Source of the DNA: Dipteris shenzhenensis
Taxonomy: Eukaryota
NCBI GenBank assembly: GCA_047967505.1
Contig: CM106538.1
Strand: one strand, 5' to 3'
Length of the DNA: 64,000 nucleotides
The position numbers were made by a program, and so were the translations under genes. The first letter of the stretch is position 1; each line of letters starts with the position of its first letter. Positions 63,601 to 64,000 of this stretch are shown here, piece by piece. Below the pieces are notes generated by a model. It was not told the DNA's origin, made no database searches, and saw only the letters and a list, made by a program, of their open reading frames with translations.

Positions 63601-64000
63601 CAGTGTTTTACGCATGTTACCCAGTGTGTGTTGTGCAATTTTTGCAATTTGAAGGTCTGGCCGCATCTTAACTATCATGTAAGGTGACAAAGGCATTCAA
63701 TGTCCCTATTGCCAACAAGTGATGAATGGGTCCTTGGCCTATAATGAATAACAATCAAGATGCAACCAAGGCCCATAAACAAATACAAGTCCCACATCTC
63801 TATGATAGAGCAGACATTACGTCTATTGGCAGAGGGAATGATTAATTTCCTCCAAAGGGGGTTGATGGTGGGGGACTAGGCAGCATGCTCAAGCAAGAGA
63901 ACCCAATTCTGGGCTACGTTTTGCCTCCACTCAAATCTTTATATGACATGATCAGCATGGCCTTTGACAAAATGGTGAGCTCATTTGACTTTCAATGTAG

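Noticed and set aside
60700-64000. Possible very degenerate Gypsy remnants (e.g. WVLLLEH and WPHYRKD on -)
   Set aside because: Motifs too eroded and boundaries undefined, so not supportable as features.

Overview
Repeat-dense eukaryotic DNA, most likely a large land-plant genome (inferred from plant-type Copia/Gypsy/L1/CACTA elements, iMet-tRNA PBS and TTTAGGG motifs). A non-angiosperm such as a fern or lycophyte is plausible but cannot be proven here. Four LTR elements are structurally complete with LTR pairs, PBS, PPT and 5-bp TSDs: Copia A 7116-14260 (-); Copia C 26266-31719 (+, identical LTRs, one 1-bp frameshift); a gag-only non-autonomous TR-GAG-like element D 37908-40564 (-); and Copia E 45743-51210 (-, an older relative of C). 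Around them lie truncated or rearranged Copia and Gypsy pieces, several L1-type LINE fragments, a CACTA transposase scrap, minisatellites and a long G/purine-rich tract. The only host-type coding sequence I can identify is an exon at 56641-56934 encoding the C-terminal heme-binding part of an indoleamine 2,3-dioxygenase (IDO), a family not known from model angiosperms. It is the most unexpected feature. All identity counts were made by eye.
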